A stretch of 64,000 nucleotides of DNA from Eledone cirrhosa (Eukaryota). Shown here piece by piece: positions 52,060 to 64,000 of the stretch (position 1 is the stretch's first letter; each line of letters starts with the position of its first letter). Both the position numbers and the translations under genes were made by a program. The notes beneath the pieces are model-generated. The model was given only the letters and a program-made list of their open reading frames with translations, did no database searches and was not told the origin of the DNA. The stretch spans positions 22,444,001 to 22,508,000 of the forward strand of contig OZ024756.1 in NCBI GenBank assembly GCA_964016885.1, given 5' to 3'.

Positions 52060-54441
52060 AAGTGTGTGTGTAAGTGTGTGTGACTGTGTGTGTGTGTGTG
52101 TAAGTATGTGTGTGAAACTATGTGTGTGTATGTGTAAGTAACAATGTGTGTGTGAGACAATGTGTGTAAGTGTTGTGCAACTATGTGTGTGTAACTGTGT
52201 GTGTATATGTATGTAAGTGCGTGTGCGTGTGTAAGTCTGAGCAACTATGTGTGTGAATATGTGTGTATGTGTGTATAATTGTGTGTGACAATGCGTGTGT
52301 AAGTCTGTGCAACGATGTGTGTGTAAATGTGTGACTATGTGTGTATGAGTGTGTGCGTGTGTTTGTTTGTGTGTTCTTGTGAGTGAGTGTATGAGTGTGT
52401 GTTTGTGTGTGTACATGTATGTATGTTTGTTTGCGTGTCTGTGTATGTGTATGTGTGTCTGTGTGTTTGTTTGTGAGTATGTGTATGTGTACGTGTGTGT
52501 ATGTATGTATATATATGTGTTATATGCGTATGTATGTGCGTGTGTCTGTGTATGTACGTGTGTGTGTGTCTATGTAGTATGTATGTACGTGTGTGTATGT
52601 GTCTATGTATGTGTGTATGTATGTATGTGTTTGTGTCTGTGTGTATATGTGTTTGTGTATGTATGTACGCGTATGTTTATGTCTGTATGTGTATGTATAT
52701 GCGTGTGCGTTTGTCTCTACGTAACTATGTATGTATGTACGTGTCTGTTTGTGTATGTGCGTGTGTGTTTGTGTCTATGTAAGTATGTATGTACGTGTGT
52801 ATTTGGGTATGTGTATGTATGTATGTATGTACGTGTATGTATTGTTATGTATGTATGTACGTGTCTGTGTATGTATGTATATGTATGTATGTAAGTGTCT
52901 GTTTGTGTATATGTGTGTATGTATGTACGTGTCTGTTTGTGTATGTATGTGTATGTATGTATGTACGTGTCTGTTTGTGTATGTATGTAAGTGTATTTTT
53001 GTGTATGTACGCGTCTGTTTGTGTATGTGTATGTATGTATGTACGTGTTTGTGTATATATGTATGTATGTAAGTGTCTTTTTGTGTATGTACGTGTGTGT
53101 TTGTGTATGTATGAGTGACTTAGGCGTCTTAGAGAATCTCCGCAAGATAATGTGTTTGTTTGTGTGTGTGTGTATGTACGTGTGTTTGCCTGTGTGTGTC
53201 TGTGTACGTGTGTGTACGTGTGTATGTATGCACGTGTATGTGTGTATGTGTGTGCCTGTGGGTGTATGTGTGTGTGTGTGTGTACGTGTGTATGTATGTA
53301 CGTGTGTATGTATGTACGTGTGTATGTACGTGTGTATGTATGTACGTGTGTATGTATGTACGTGTGCCTGTCTGTAGATGTGTGTATGTGTCTGTGTATG
53401 TACGTGTGTATGTATGTACGTGTGTATGTATGTACGTGTGTATGTATGTACGTGTGCCTGTCTGTACGTGTGTGTATATGTCTGTGTATGTACGTGTGTA
53501 TGTATGTACGTGTGTATGTACGTGTGTATGTATGTACGTGTGCCTGTCTGTACGTGTGTGTATGTGTCTGTGTCTGTACGTGTGTATGTATGTACGTGTG
53601 CCTGTCTGTACGTGTGTGTATGTGTCTGTGTATGTACGTGTGTATGTATGTACGTGTGTGTACGTGTGTATGTATGTACGTGTGTATGTATGTACGTGTG
53701 CCTGTCTGTAGGTGTGTGTATGTGTCTGTGTATGTACGTGTGTATGTATGTACGTGTGTATGTACGTGTGTATGTACGTGTGTATGTACGTGTGTATGTA
53801 CGTGTGTATGTATGTACGTGTGCCTGTCTGTACGTGTGTGTATGTGTCTGTGTATGTACGTGTGTATGTACGTGTGTATGTATGTACGTGTGTATGTACG
53901 TGTGTATGTATGTACGTGTGTATGTACGTGTGTATGTATGTATGTACGTGTGCCTGTCTGTAGGTGTGTGTATGTGTCTGTGTATGTACGTGTGTATGTA
54001 TGTACGTGTGTATGTATGTACGTGTGCCTGTCTGTACGTGTGTGTATGTGTGTATGTATGTACGTCTGTATGATTGACTTAGGCGCCTTAGCAAATCTCC
54101 GCAAGCTAATATGACGGATCTATATGTAAACATTTATTTTTTTTTAAATTTACCCTCTTTATATATTAACGTTGTTGTTGTTGTTATTATTATTGTTGAT
54201 GTTATTGTTGCTATTGTTGTTGTTATTATTGTTACCTGTTGTTGTTGGCAACGGCGGTAAGTGTGTTGCTTTTGATGCTAATTTCTTGTGATAGTATTTT
54301 TTCTTTCTATTAATTAAAGTGTTTATCAGCTACCGTGTTTACAAATTTAACGTAGCGCTTATCACGTGACTATTGTTGTTACTATATTGAGAGACAAAAA
54401 TAAAACGATATACACACATATAAACACACACATATATATAT

Positions 54442-54500
<59 letters not shown>

Positions 54501-54766
54501 CATAGATATGCATACATATATATATATATAAGCACACATATATATTTACAGACATATATACACAGAAATATATACATACATATATATATTTATATATACA
54601 TATATATATATATACAGAAATATATGTACATATATCTATACACTCATATATATACACATATATACACAGATATATATATATATACATATACACACATATA
54701 TAGACACATATATATATATATACACACATTTATATATATATATATATATTATATATATATATATGT

Positions 54767-54822
<56 letters not shown>

Positions 54823-54900
54823 AATATACATACATACATAAATATATACATATATATAATTACATTTACCTGCGTCCTTCTCACGTTGATTGAGCATTTC
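52060..54900. repeat. (GT)/(GTAT)/(GTAC) cryptic satellite followed by a (TA)/(CA) field
   Basis: Higher-order unit TGTACGTGTGTATGTA..GCCTGTCTG at 53280-54070. Confidence 0.95.
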
Positions 54901-54991
54901 AAGCCCGATTCGATCTCACCAATCAGATTAAGAAAAAGGGGGAGCAATTCGATGTATTAACAAATACCTTGAATATATTAATATTATTTCG

Positions 54992-55205
54992 ATTAGCAGA
55001 ATCGATAGAGCGTCGGACCAAATGCTTAGTGGCATAGAATTACGGCCCTTTAAGTTCTGATTTCAAATCCCGCCGAGGTTAACTTTGCCTTTCATCCTTA
55101 CGGGGTCGATAAAATAAAGTACCAGTAATGTACTGCGGTCGATATTACTCGACTTTCTCTTCCCCTTCAAATTGCTGGCCTTGTGCCTAAACTAGAAACA
55201 ATTAT
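54992..55205 (+). mobile_element. Major SINE copy
   Basis: Head and body. Confidence 0.9.
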
Positions 55206-55254
55206 TATTATGGGTATTTTTAGCTTGGTTTTAACTGTTTTTTTCCTTGTTTGT

Positions 55255-55299
<45 letters not shown>

Positions 55300-55358
55300 T
55301 TTTTGTTATTGTTTTTCTTTACATGTTTGTTTTGTTTTGTCTCTGATCTTTGTTGTTC

Positions 55359-55421
<63 letters not shown>

Positions 55422-55788
55422 CCTCAGTTATAAATTCTAATAGCTTTCCTCCTTCGAATCCAAACTAAACTCTGTACGCACTAAACTCTGTACACACTTT
55501 GCAACTGCACAGCTACCATCCGGGTAACATGCATCGTAACCGTATATTTTCGGCAGCAGTTCAACATAACTATATTATTATTATTTGTAGTATTAGTAAT
55601 AGTATTAATAGTATTTTATTTATAGTACTATTAGTAGTAGTAGTTTTATTTTTATTATCTTTTATACATATTGTTTAGAAATCATTATTTTTGTAGAAAT
55701 CACTATTTTATTCATACTAATATTATTATATTTGTTGTAGTAATAGTAGTAGTAGTAATAGTAGTAATAGTAGTAGTAGTAGTAGTAA

Positions 55789-55848
<60 letters not shown>

Positions 55849-55960
55849 AAGTGGTAGATTATTAATCTAAACTCGTATACTAATCGAAGTGTACACACAC
55901 ACACTTCCAAATGTCACAGGTTACGCAGTAAACTTATACACATACACATACACACACATA

Positions 55961-56033
55961 CAGGGTATCCGGAAATAATGTATACACTTTTATTAGAATG
56001 TTGTTGTAGGGTGTATAAATTTTTTGGACCACC

Positions 56034-56036
<3 letters not shown>
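55961..56036. mobile_element. Very short Tc1/mariner-like MITE
   Basis: TA|CAGGGTATCCGGAAATAATGTATACAC...GTGTATAAATTTTTTGGACCACCTTC|TA. Confidence 0.55.
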
Positions 56037-56080
<44 letters not shown>

Positions 56081-56091
56081 GTTATATATAT

Positions 56092-56254
56092 ATTGTTGTA
56101 TATAGGGAGGGTCATATTGTTATAATATTGCCAGAAATAATAATAAAACTCACTCACTGCTTGGTTTGGATTGGATTTCGCTTCTGTATATTTTATATCT
56201 CTATAGTTAATTTAGCTGGCAATCAATGTTTATCCTTCATTGACCAACTATTAG

Positions 56255-56304
<50 letters not shown>

Positions 56305-56545
56305 TATCAAAGTTCTTTCATCACACATCTGTGACATCATCAGTGGTACTATTACGTTTTCTCCCGTTGTATTATAATGCTTACGCCATTTTTATTTCTT
56401 TATAAATAAACGGTTAAAAACATAGATATAGATACATATATACAATCTATCAAATTTCTTTCATCACACACCTGTGACACCAACAGTGGTTCTATTATGT
56501 TTTCTCCCGCTGTATTGTAATATCTACGCCATTGTTATTTATTCT
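56092..56545 (-). mobile_element. Family C terminus with two tandem hammerheads (56305-56348 intact core, 56448-56490 degenerate)
   Basis: TACCA CTGATGA T GTCACA-GATG-TGTGAT GAAA GAAC TT TGATA; 143-bp period. Confidence 0.75.
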
Positions 56546-57243
56546 CCAGGTCTGAACACAGCGGATTTTTTCTATAGAGGAAGAATCGACCCCAGTACTT
56601 GACTGGTACTTTTTTTATCGACCTCGAAAGAATGAAAGGTAAAGTTGACCTCAGAAGGAATTGAACTCAGATAACATAGAACGTGAACGAATCTCGTTAA
56701 ATATTCTATCAGACGTTCTAACGACTCTGCCAATGCGCCGCCTTGCGTATACATTGTAAATAGATATAAGTTAATAATTGTTTCTACTTTTGGCACATGG
56801 CCAACAAATTCCCCAGTACATTACTGGTACTTTATTTTATCGACCCCGTATGGATGAAAGGCAAAGTTAACCTGGGCGGATATAAGTTAATAATTGTTTC
56901 TACGTTAGGCAGCAATTACCCAGCGCATTAATGGTACTTTATTTTATCGACCCCGTAAGGATGAAAGGCAAAGACAACCACGGCGGGATTTGAACTCGGA
57001 ATGGCAAGGGCCGTAACTCTATGCGTCAAAGCATGGCGTCCGACCCTCTACCAATACTGCCAATCCAATGATATCTACTATAAGCACACGGCCAGCAATT
57101 TTGTGAGAGGGAAAAGTCTATTAAATCGACCATGTTAGGATGAAAGATAAAGCTAACATTGGTGGGATTTAAAATCAGAACGTAAAGGGCTGTGACTCTA
57201 TGCCGCAAAGCATGTTGTCGGAGGTTCTACCGATTCTGCCAAA
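56545..57243 (-). mobile_element. Four tandem major SINE copies or fragments
   Basis: Repeated body motifs; ATATAAGTTAATAATTGTTTCTAC duplicated at ~56764 and ~56880. Confidence 0.85.
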
Positions 57244-57278
57244 ATGTGTTCGTGGACAGAAGATGGGGAAATCTTTAT

Positions 57279-57316
57279 CTGACGAAAGTCCAACGAGTGT
57301 CGAAACTAGTCGGATT
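57279..57316 (+). ncRNA. Degenerate minimal hammerhead
   Basis: CTGACGA ... C GAAA CTAG TC; stems I and II poor. Confidence 0.4.
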
Positions 57317-57529
57317 ATTCATAACTTTGCAGCAATGCAATAGTGCAAGTTACAGCAATCCACACCTATAAAATAGTGCAACCATCCAACACCTATAAAT
57401 GTAACATAGATAGCTGTCTGTGTATGCAAACTTCTCTCTCTCTCTTTCTCAATATATATATACACTTCATCCGTTCCCATGTCGATTCAATTTGGATTGC
57501 CTCGGAAACATAACCTTATTATGTAACAA

Positions 57530-57603
57530 GCTGTCTGATGATGTCACGACACTCGCACACAGAACAGTGTGGCCAGTGTCGTCATTGAAATATATATCAC
57601 AGC
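57530..57603 (+). ncRNA. Type I hammerhead with extended stem II
   Basis: GCTGT CTGATGA TGTC ACGACACT..CACAC-AGAACA-GTGTG..AGTGTCGT CATT GAAA TATATA TC ACAGC. Confidence 0.8.
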
Positions 57604-57630
57604 ATTATTATTAAAGGACTTATTATTAAA

Positions 57631-57822
57631 GGGCGGTGGATTGGCAGTATCGGTAGAGGGTCGGATGCCATGCTTTGACGTATAAATTACGGCCCTTGCC
57701 ATTCTGAGAATCAAATCCCGCCGAGGTTAACTTTGCCTTTCATCCTTACGGGGTGGATAAAATAAAGTACCAGTAATGCACTGGGATAATTGGTGGCCTT
57801 GTGCCAAAAAGTTGAAACAATT
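57631..57822 (+). mobile_element. Major SINE copy
   Basis: Full head and body. Confidence 0.9.
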
Positions 57823-57870
57823 AATAAAGGACTTGAACATCTGAAACTACTTCGCTTTTCCTTATTCGAT

Positions 57871-57903
<33 letters not shown>

Positions 57904-57908
57904 TATAT

Positions 57909-57990
<82 letters not shown>

Positions 57991-58217
57991 GTTGATTATA
58001 CAGACTGAATCTTGATTTGTATTGTTGAGACAGACAAAATATATAAAACTCTTCCATGTACTGAACTAGAAACTGAATGCATCTTTGCTGGTCTGGAAAC
58101 ATTTCAGAGACAGTTTTAGAGAATTGGATAAGCGTGAATTGACAAATCTAATTATTATGAAACAGGTGGTGACGTCAATCAGCAATTATTAATAAGAAAT
58201 AATGGACCTATTATAGA

Positions 58218-59498
58218 TGAAGTAACGTGTGTCTGCAGGGGCTGTGAGGTGGGGAAATCCTCGCTAGTGGATGGTCTGCCTCACGATTTATATCAAAGTA
58301 TGTGCAGTGACTGTGGGGTGGGGAAATCCTCGCTAGTGGATGGTCTGCCTCACGATTTATATCAAAGTATGTGCAGTGACTGTGGGGTGGGGAAATCCTC
58401 GCTAGTGGATGGTCTGCCTCACGAATTATATCAAAGTATGTGCAGTGACTGTGGGGTGGGGAAATCCTCGCTAGTGGATGGTCTGCCTCACGATTTATAT
58501 CAAAGTATGTGCAGTGACTGTGGGGTGGGGAAATCCTCGCTAGTGGATGGTCTGCCTCACGATTTATATCAAAGTATGTGCAGTGACTGTGGGGTGGGGA
58601 AATCCTCGCTAGTGGATGGTCTGCCTCACGATTTATATCAAAGTATGTGCAGTGACTGTGGGGTGGGGAAATCCTCGCTATTGGATGTCTCCCTCACGAT
58701 TTATATCAAAGTATGTGCAGTGACTGTGGGGTGGGGAAATCCTCGCTATTGGATGTCTCCCTCACGATTTATATCAAAGTATGTGCAGTGACTGTGGGGT
58801 GAGGAAATCCTCGCTAGTGGATGGTCTGCCTCACGAATTATATCAAAGTTGAAGTAACGTGTGTCTGCAGTGGTTGTGTGGTGGGGAAATCCTCGCTATT
58901 GGATGGTCTCCCTCACGAATTATATCAAAGTTGAAGTAACGTGTGTCTGCAGTGGTTGTGTGGTGGGGAAATCCTCGCTATTGGATGGTCTCCCTCACGA
59001 ATTATATCAAAGTTGAAGTAACGTGTGTCTGCAGTGGTTGTGTGGTGGGGAAATCCTCGCTATTGGATGGTCTCCCTCACGAATTATATCAAAGTTGAAG
59101 TAACGTGTGTCTGCAGTGGTTGTGTGGTGGGGAAATCCTCGCTATTGGATGGTCTCCCTCACGAATTATATCAAAGTTGAAGTAACGTGTGTCTGCAGTG
59201 GTTGTGTGGTGGGGAAATCCTCGCTATTGGATGGTCTCCCTCACGAATTATATCAAAGTTGAAGTAACGTGTGTCTGCAGTGGTTGTGTGGTGGGGAAAT
59301 CCTCGCTATTGGATGGTCTCCCTCACGAATTATATCAAAGTTGAAGTAACGTGTGTCTGCAGTGGTTGTGTGGTGGGGAAATCCTCGCTATTGGATGGTC
59401 TCCCTCACGAATTATATCAAAGTTGAAGTAACATGTATGTGCAGTGGCTGTGATGAGAAAATCCTTGCTACTGGATGGTCTCCCTCACGGATTATATA
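58218..59498. repeat. Two-phase minisatellite: 8 units of 68-69 bp, then about 8 units of 82 bp
   Basis: GGGGAAATCC at 58251, 58320, 58389 ... 58733, 58801 (GAGG variant), then 58883, 58965 ... 59375. Confidence 0.95.
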
Positions 59499-60819
59499 GT
59501 CCGATATAATTTTGTCACACGTCTATTGACTTCCATGTAACTTATAGCATTTTAGGCGGTGAATTTAGTGAAACTGCCTAGCTTGGTGACTAATATGTTG
59601 GGAATACGATTGCAAGGTTGTAAGTTCGATTCCCAGATATGATAGCATGTTGAGTCGTTGAGCTTGTCACTTTATTTCATGTTGTTCCAATACACTCAGC
59701 TGGAAAATGAGTTTCGACGATAATAGTGTTAAACTCTATCGTCCATTTCTTTTCTCATGGACATCATCGATGAGAAACTTGCAATAATGGGTTGACTGTT
59801 GATCTTCCGCATACATTGCCCAGGTTTATACCTCGAAGAAGTAATCCCTTCGTCAGACAATCATAGATACAAAGGCCAACGCTTATTATGACAGAATTGG
59901 GCTTTTGCTAGGCTGTGACTTCACAGAATCGTTAACGCTTCGGGAAAAAATACGTCGTGATATTTGTTTTGAATGCTTGGGCTCTGATTTGAAAACTGAT
60001 CGTGGTCAACTTCGACTTTCATCCTATTGCAATCGATAAATTGAGTACCATAGACACCATCCAAATTCGAGGTATAGGTATATTTCTTCAAAAGCATCGG
60101 TGTTTGTTCCGGTGTTGTGTATTCTAACGTCAAATTCCGTCTCTTGTTATCGGAAAAGCTGTAACATTTCTTACCATAGTTGTGACTGATAGATAATATT
60201 AGCAATGGAAAGAGTAGAGGAAAAATAATTTCCTCGGTCCGATCTCGAAAATCGGCTTCTTTCTTTTTCTTTTTTTCTTACTACATCTTTATTCTGTTAG
60301 ACAGTCAAAGACAGACAGGTAGACAGTCGTGCAGACATGCAGGCAGCAGACAGTCAGTCGGAAAGACACGGAAGGTCACGCAGTCACACAGACAGAAAGT
60401 CAGACAGCCATTCACACAGACAGACATACAACCAGACAAACATTCGAAAATGGATCTTAACACATGGAAAGCAGAAACTGATCAAAGTAGAGCGATGTCG
60501 GCGTTGGGGCAAGGAGTAGTATGGAAGGGGAGGTTGGATTCTATGTAAAGAGAATGATGGAGGGAGAGTAAGAGAAAAGGATAGACGTGATAGAGTAATG
60601 ATGTGAGTATAGGTTTAGAGGGAGGGATTCAATGATGAAGGTTTAGGGGAGTTTAGAAGGAGACGATGTAAGTGATTGGGGCGGAGTTATGTTGGTATGG
60701 GTAAGTGAGAGGTGCAAGATCAAAGTAGAGGGATGGTGGGAGGAGGTAATATAAGAAAATATAGGATGTGTAGGAGAGGAAGAGTGACAAGCAGAGGAGA
60801 GTTTAAGAACGACTGATAG

Positions 60820-60821
60820 AT

Positions 60822-60903
<82 letters not shown>

Positions 60904-61083
60904 TCGATGGATGGATATATAGATAGATAGATAGATAGATATATTTCTTTATTGTTAGATAGATAGATAGATATAGATCGATGGATGGATATATAGATGG
61001 ATAGATAGAGATAAATATGAAGAGAGAGACAGATAGATAAATAGATACATTTCTTTATTAGCCACAAGGGCACAAATAGATAA

Positions 61084-61165
<82 letters not shown>

Positions 61166-61218
61166 GAATAGATAGATAGACGAATAGAAAAATAAGGAGA
61201 GAGGCAAGCAAACAGCTG

Positions 61219-61294
<76 letters not shown>

Positions 61295-61471
61295 CAGAGA
61301 GAGAGAGAGAGAGAGGTGTCGGGGGGTGGCTGAAGCAGGGAACGAGAGTGATTATGAAAGTTCAGGTGAATTTCAGCGGATGATACCAGGTGAAATAGGA
61401 GAAAGAGTCTGTTAGAAATTGGAGTACTTTTGGCAATGAATTTAGTAATGGTTGTTTGATGTTGCTGTTGC

Positions 61472-61545
<74 letters not shown>

Positions 61546-61885
61546 CTGTTGATGTTGTTGTTGTTGTTGTTGTGTTAGTATGTGACAGTGGTGCACGTGG
61601 TCGTTGTGCGAGCTGTCAGTAGCAATATGGGTGTGAGGTGTGTGTAGTATGTAGTTGATGTTATTGTTGTTGTTCTCATAATTGTAGTAGTGGGTGGTGA
61701 TGGTTGTTGTTGTTGTAGTGGTAGTAGTGGTGGTGGTGATGACTGTTAATCGTCGTTGTTGTAGTGGTGAAAGTGGTGGTGGTAGCATGTCGTAAATGTG
61801 AAAGTGGTGGTAGTAGTATATGCTAAATACGACTGTAGTGGTGGTAGTATGTCCTAAATACGACTGTAGTGGTGGTAGTATGTAA
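60820..61885. repeat. (GATA)n, (GA)n and (GTT)/(GGT) tracts
   Basis: Direct reading. Confidence 0.95.
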
Positions 61886-61914
61886 GTGATGCCTGGTGCA
61901 AGTGTTCTTAATAT

Positions 61915-62234
61915 TGTCATGGCAGAATTTGAACTCAGAATGTAAAGGGAAGTAACGCTATGCTACGAAGGATGTTGTCTGATGCTTTCCCGAAACAGCA
62001 AATTCACAACTAATAACGATTTCTAGTATAGGCACAAGGCCAGAAATTTGGGAGGAGGGGAAAGTCGATTAAATCGACCCCAGTACGTTACTGGTGCTTT
62101 ATTTTATCGACCCTGTAAGGATGAAAGGCAAAGTTAACCTCGGCGGAATTTAAACTCAGAACATAAAGGGCCATAACTCTATGCGTCAAAGCATGGTGTC
62201 CGACATTCTACCGACACTGCCAATCCACCGCCCT
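61915..62234 (-). mobile_element. Major SINE head fragment plus full copy
   Basis: Full copy 62017-62234. Confidence 0.9.
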
Positions 62235-62249
62235 CAAATCCACAACTAG

Positions 62250-63261
62250 TAACGACAACAACAACAACAGCAACAAGACAGACGACGTTGACTAGGACAC
62301 AGCAAAGAGCGCAACAACACAGCAATAACTACAACACAATGACAACAACAACGACAGCAACAACAACACCAACAACACAGACGACGTTGACTAGGACACA
62401 GCAAAGAGTGCAACAACGACAGCAACAACAACACCAACACAGACGACATTGACTAGGACACAGCAAAGAGTGCAACAACGACAACAACAACAGCAACAAG
62501 ACAGACGACGTTGACTAGGACACAGCAAAGAGTGCAACAACGACAGCAACAACAACACCAACACAGACGACATTGACTAGGACACAGCAAAGAGTGCAAC
62601 AACGACAACAACAACAGCAACAAGACAGACGGCGTTGACTAGGACACAGCAAAGAGTGCAACAACACAGCAATAACTACAACACAATGACAACAACAACA
62701 CAGCAATAACTACAACCACAACGACAGCAACAACACAGCAATGACTACAACATAATGACAACAACAACGACAGCAACAACAACACCAACAAACAACAAAG
62801 TCTTCATCATCAAAGGGGGTTCGTTAAAATGTTTATCTCGGTGACACTGACGAATTAATAACAAGCCCAACTTGATATCTACAGATACTCCATCATCATC
62901 ACCATCATCCTCATCATCATTAGCATTAGCATAAATGACATCATCATCATCATCATCATCATCATTAGCATTAGCATAAATGACATCATCATCATCATCA
63001 TCATCATCATTAGCATTAGCATAAATGACATCAGCAGCAGCAGCAGCAGCATCGCCATCATCATCATCATCATCATCATCATCATTAGCATTAGCATAAA
63101 TGACAGCAGCAGCAGCAGCAGCAGCATCGCCATCATCATCATCATCATCATCATTAGCATTAACATAAATGACATCAGCAGCAGCAGCAGCATCGCCATC
63201 ATCATCATCATCGCTTCATCATCGTCGTCGTCATCGCCATCATCATCATCATCATCATCGA

Positions 63262-63303
<42 letters not shown>

Positions 63304-63330
63304 AATCATCATCATCATCATCATCATTAT
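62250..63330. repeat. (CAA)n-punctuated array of GACGACRTTGACTAGGACACAGCAAAGAGTG (x6) and (CAT/CAG)n-punctuated ATTAGCATTAGCATAAATGACA (x5)
   Basis: Direct reading. Confidence 0.9.
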
Positions 63331-63464
63331 TACCATATCGTTTACTTGTATTTCTAAATCATTGGGTAGGAGTTGATCGAAAATCACAAATCAATGAAGT
63401 CATAACTGTCAATTGTAATTATACAGATAGTTGCATATACAGATAGATAGATCGATACGTTAAT

Positions 63465-63865
63465 AATGGTTTCTACTTTTGGCACAAGGCCAGCAATTAT
63501 CCCAGTACATTACTGGTACTTTATTTTATCGACCCTGTAAGGATGAAAGGCAAAGTTCACCTCGGCGGGCTTTGAACTCAAACCGTAAAGGAGCGTAACT
63601 CTATGCTGCAAAGCATGGTGTCTGACTCCCTACCGATACTGCCAATCCACCGCCATGATAATAATGGTTTCTTATATAGGCACAGGGCCAGAAATTTTGG
63701 GGGAGGGGAAAGTCGATTAAATTGACCTCAGTGCATGACTGGTACTTTATTTTAGCGACCGCGTGAGGATGAAAGGCAACCTTATCATCGGCGGGATTTG
63801 AACTCAGATCATAAAGGACCGTAACTCTATGCTACAAAGCATGGAGTCTGCCAACCCAACGCCCT
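63465..63865 (-). mobile_element. Two tandem major SINE copies
   Basis: 63465-63655 short variant, 63665-63865 long variant. Confidence 0.9.
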
Positions 63866-64000
63866 TATTCACTAAATAATGGAAACGTGTAGGAGAGAGA
63901 GAAAGAAAAAGATAACATTAAAAAATCCTGAAACCATACCATACATTTCATAAAAAAAAATAAATCTTTTTTTTTTCCAGTTAATAAAGGATGTAATTAT

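Noticed and set aside
58249-58791. 180-aa ORF with CxxC repeats, possible zinc-binding protein
   Set aside because: Open only because the unit is 69 bp; non-ATG start; frame breaks in the 68- and 82-bp units.
58218-59498. CRISPR-like array
   Set aside because: Units are contiguous near-identical repeats with no unique spacers and no cas genes; eukaryotic context.
60955-61920. 321-aa poly-Q/T ORF
   Set aside because: Concatenated GATA, GA and GTT microsatellites.

Overview
AT-rich, microsatellite-saturated eukaryotic DNA. The repeat content points to a cephalopod, probably an octopod (inference). Almost none of the supplied ORFs are real: they are translations of (TA)n, (CA)n, (GA)n, (CAT)n and (ACT)n tracts. 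The window looks like intronic/upstream DNA of a minus-strand gene, with a candidate start codon at 84 and a clean 65-nt exon at 28438-28502. It carries about 30 copies of one tRNA-derived SINE, RTE-LINE remnants, several Tc1/mariner, pogo and hAT MITEs, and a two-phase 69/82-bp minisatellite. The most notable signal is that the short unique islands between the (TA)n tracts are termini of many different Penelope-like retroelements. About 20 carry recognisable type I hammerhead ribozyme motifs (CUGANGA...GAAA..UH), one lies directly downstream of a GIY-YIG endonuclease remnant, and many form foldback palindromes that break at or near the predicted cleavage site. Unusual variants include hammerheads with 80-120 nt stem II domains, altered cores (CCGANGA, CUGAAUGA) and a 531-bp non-coding retrozyme-like monomer. 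All structures were folded by eye and coordinates of degenerate repeats are approximate.
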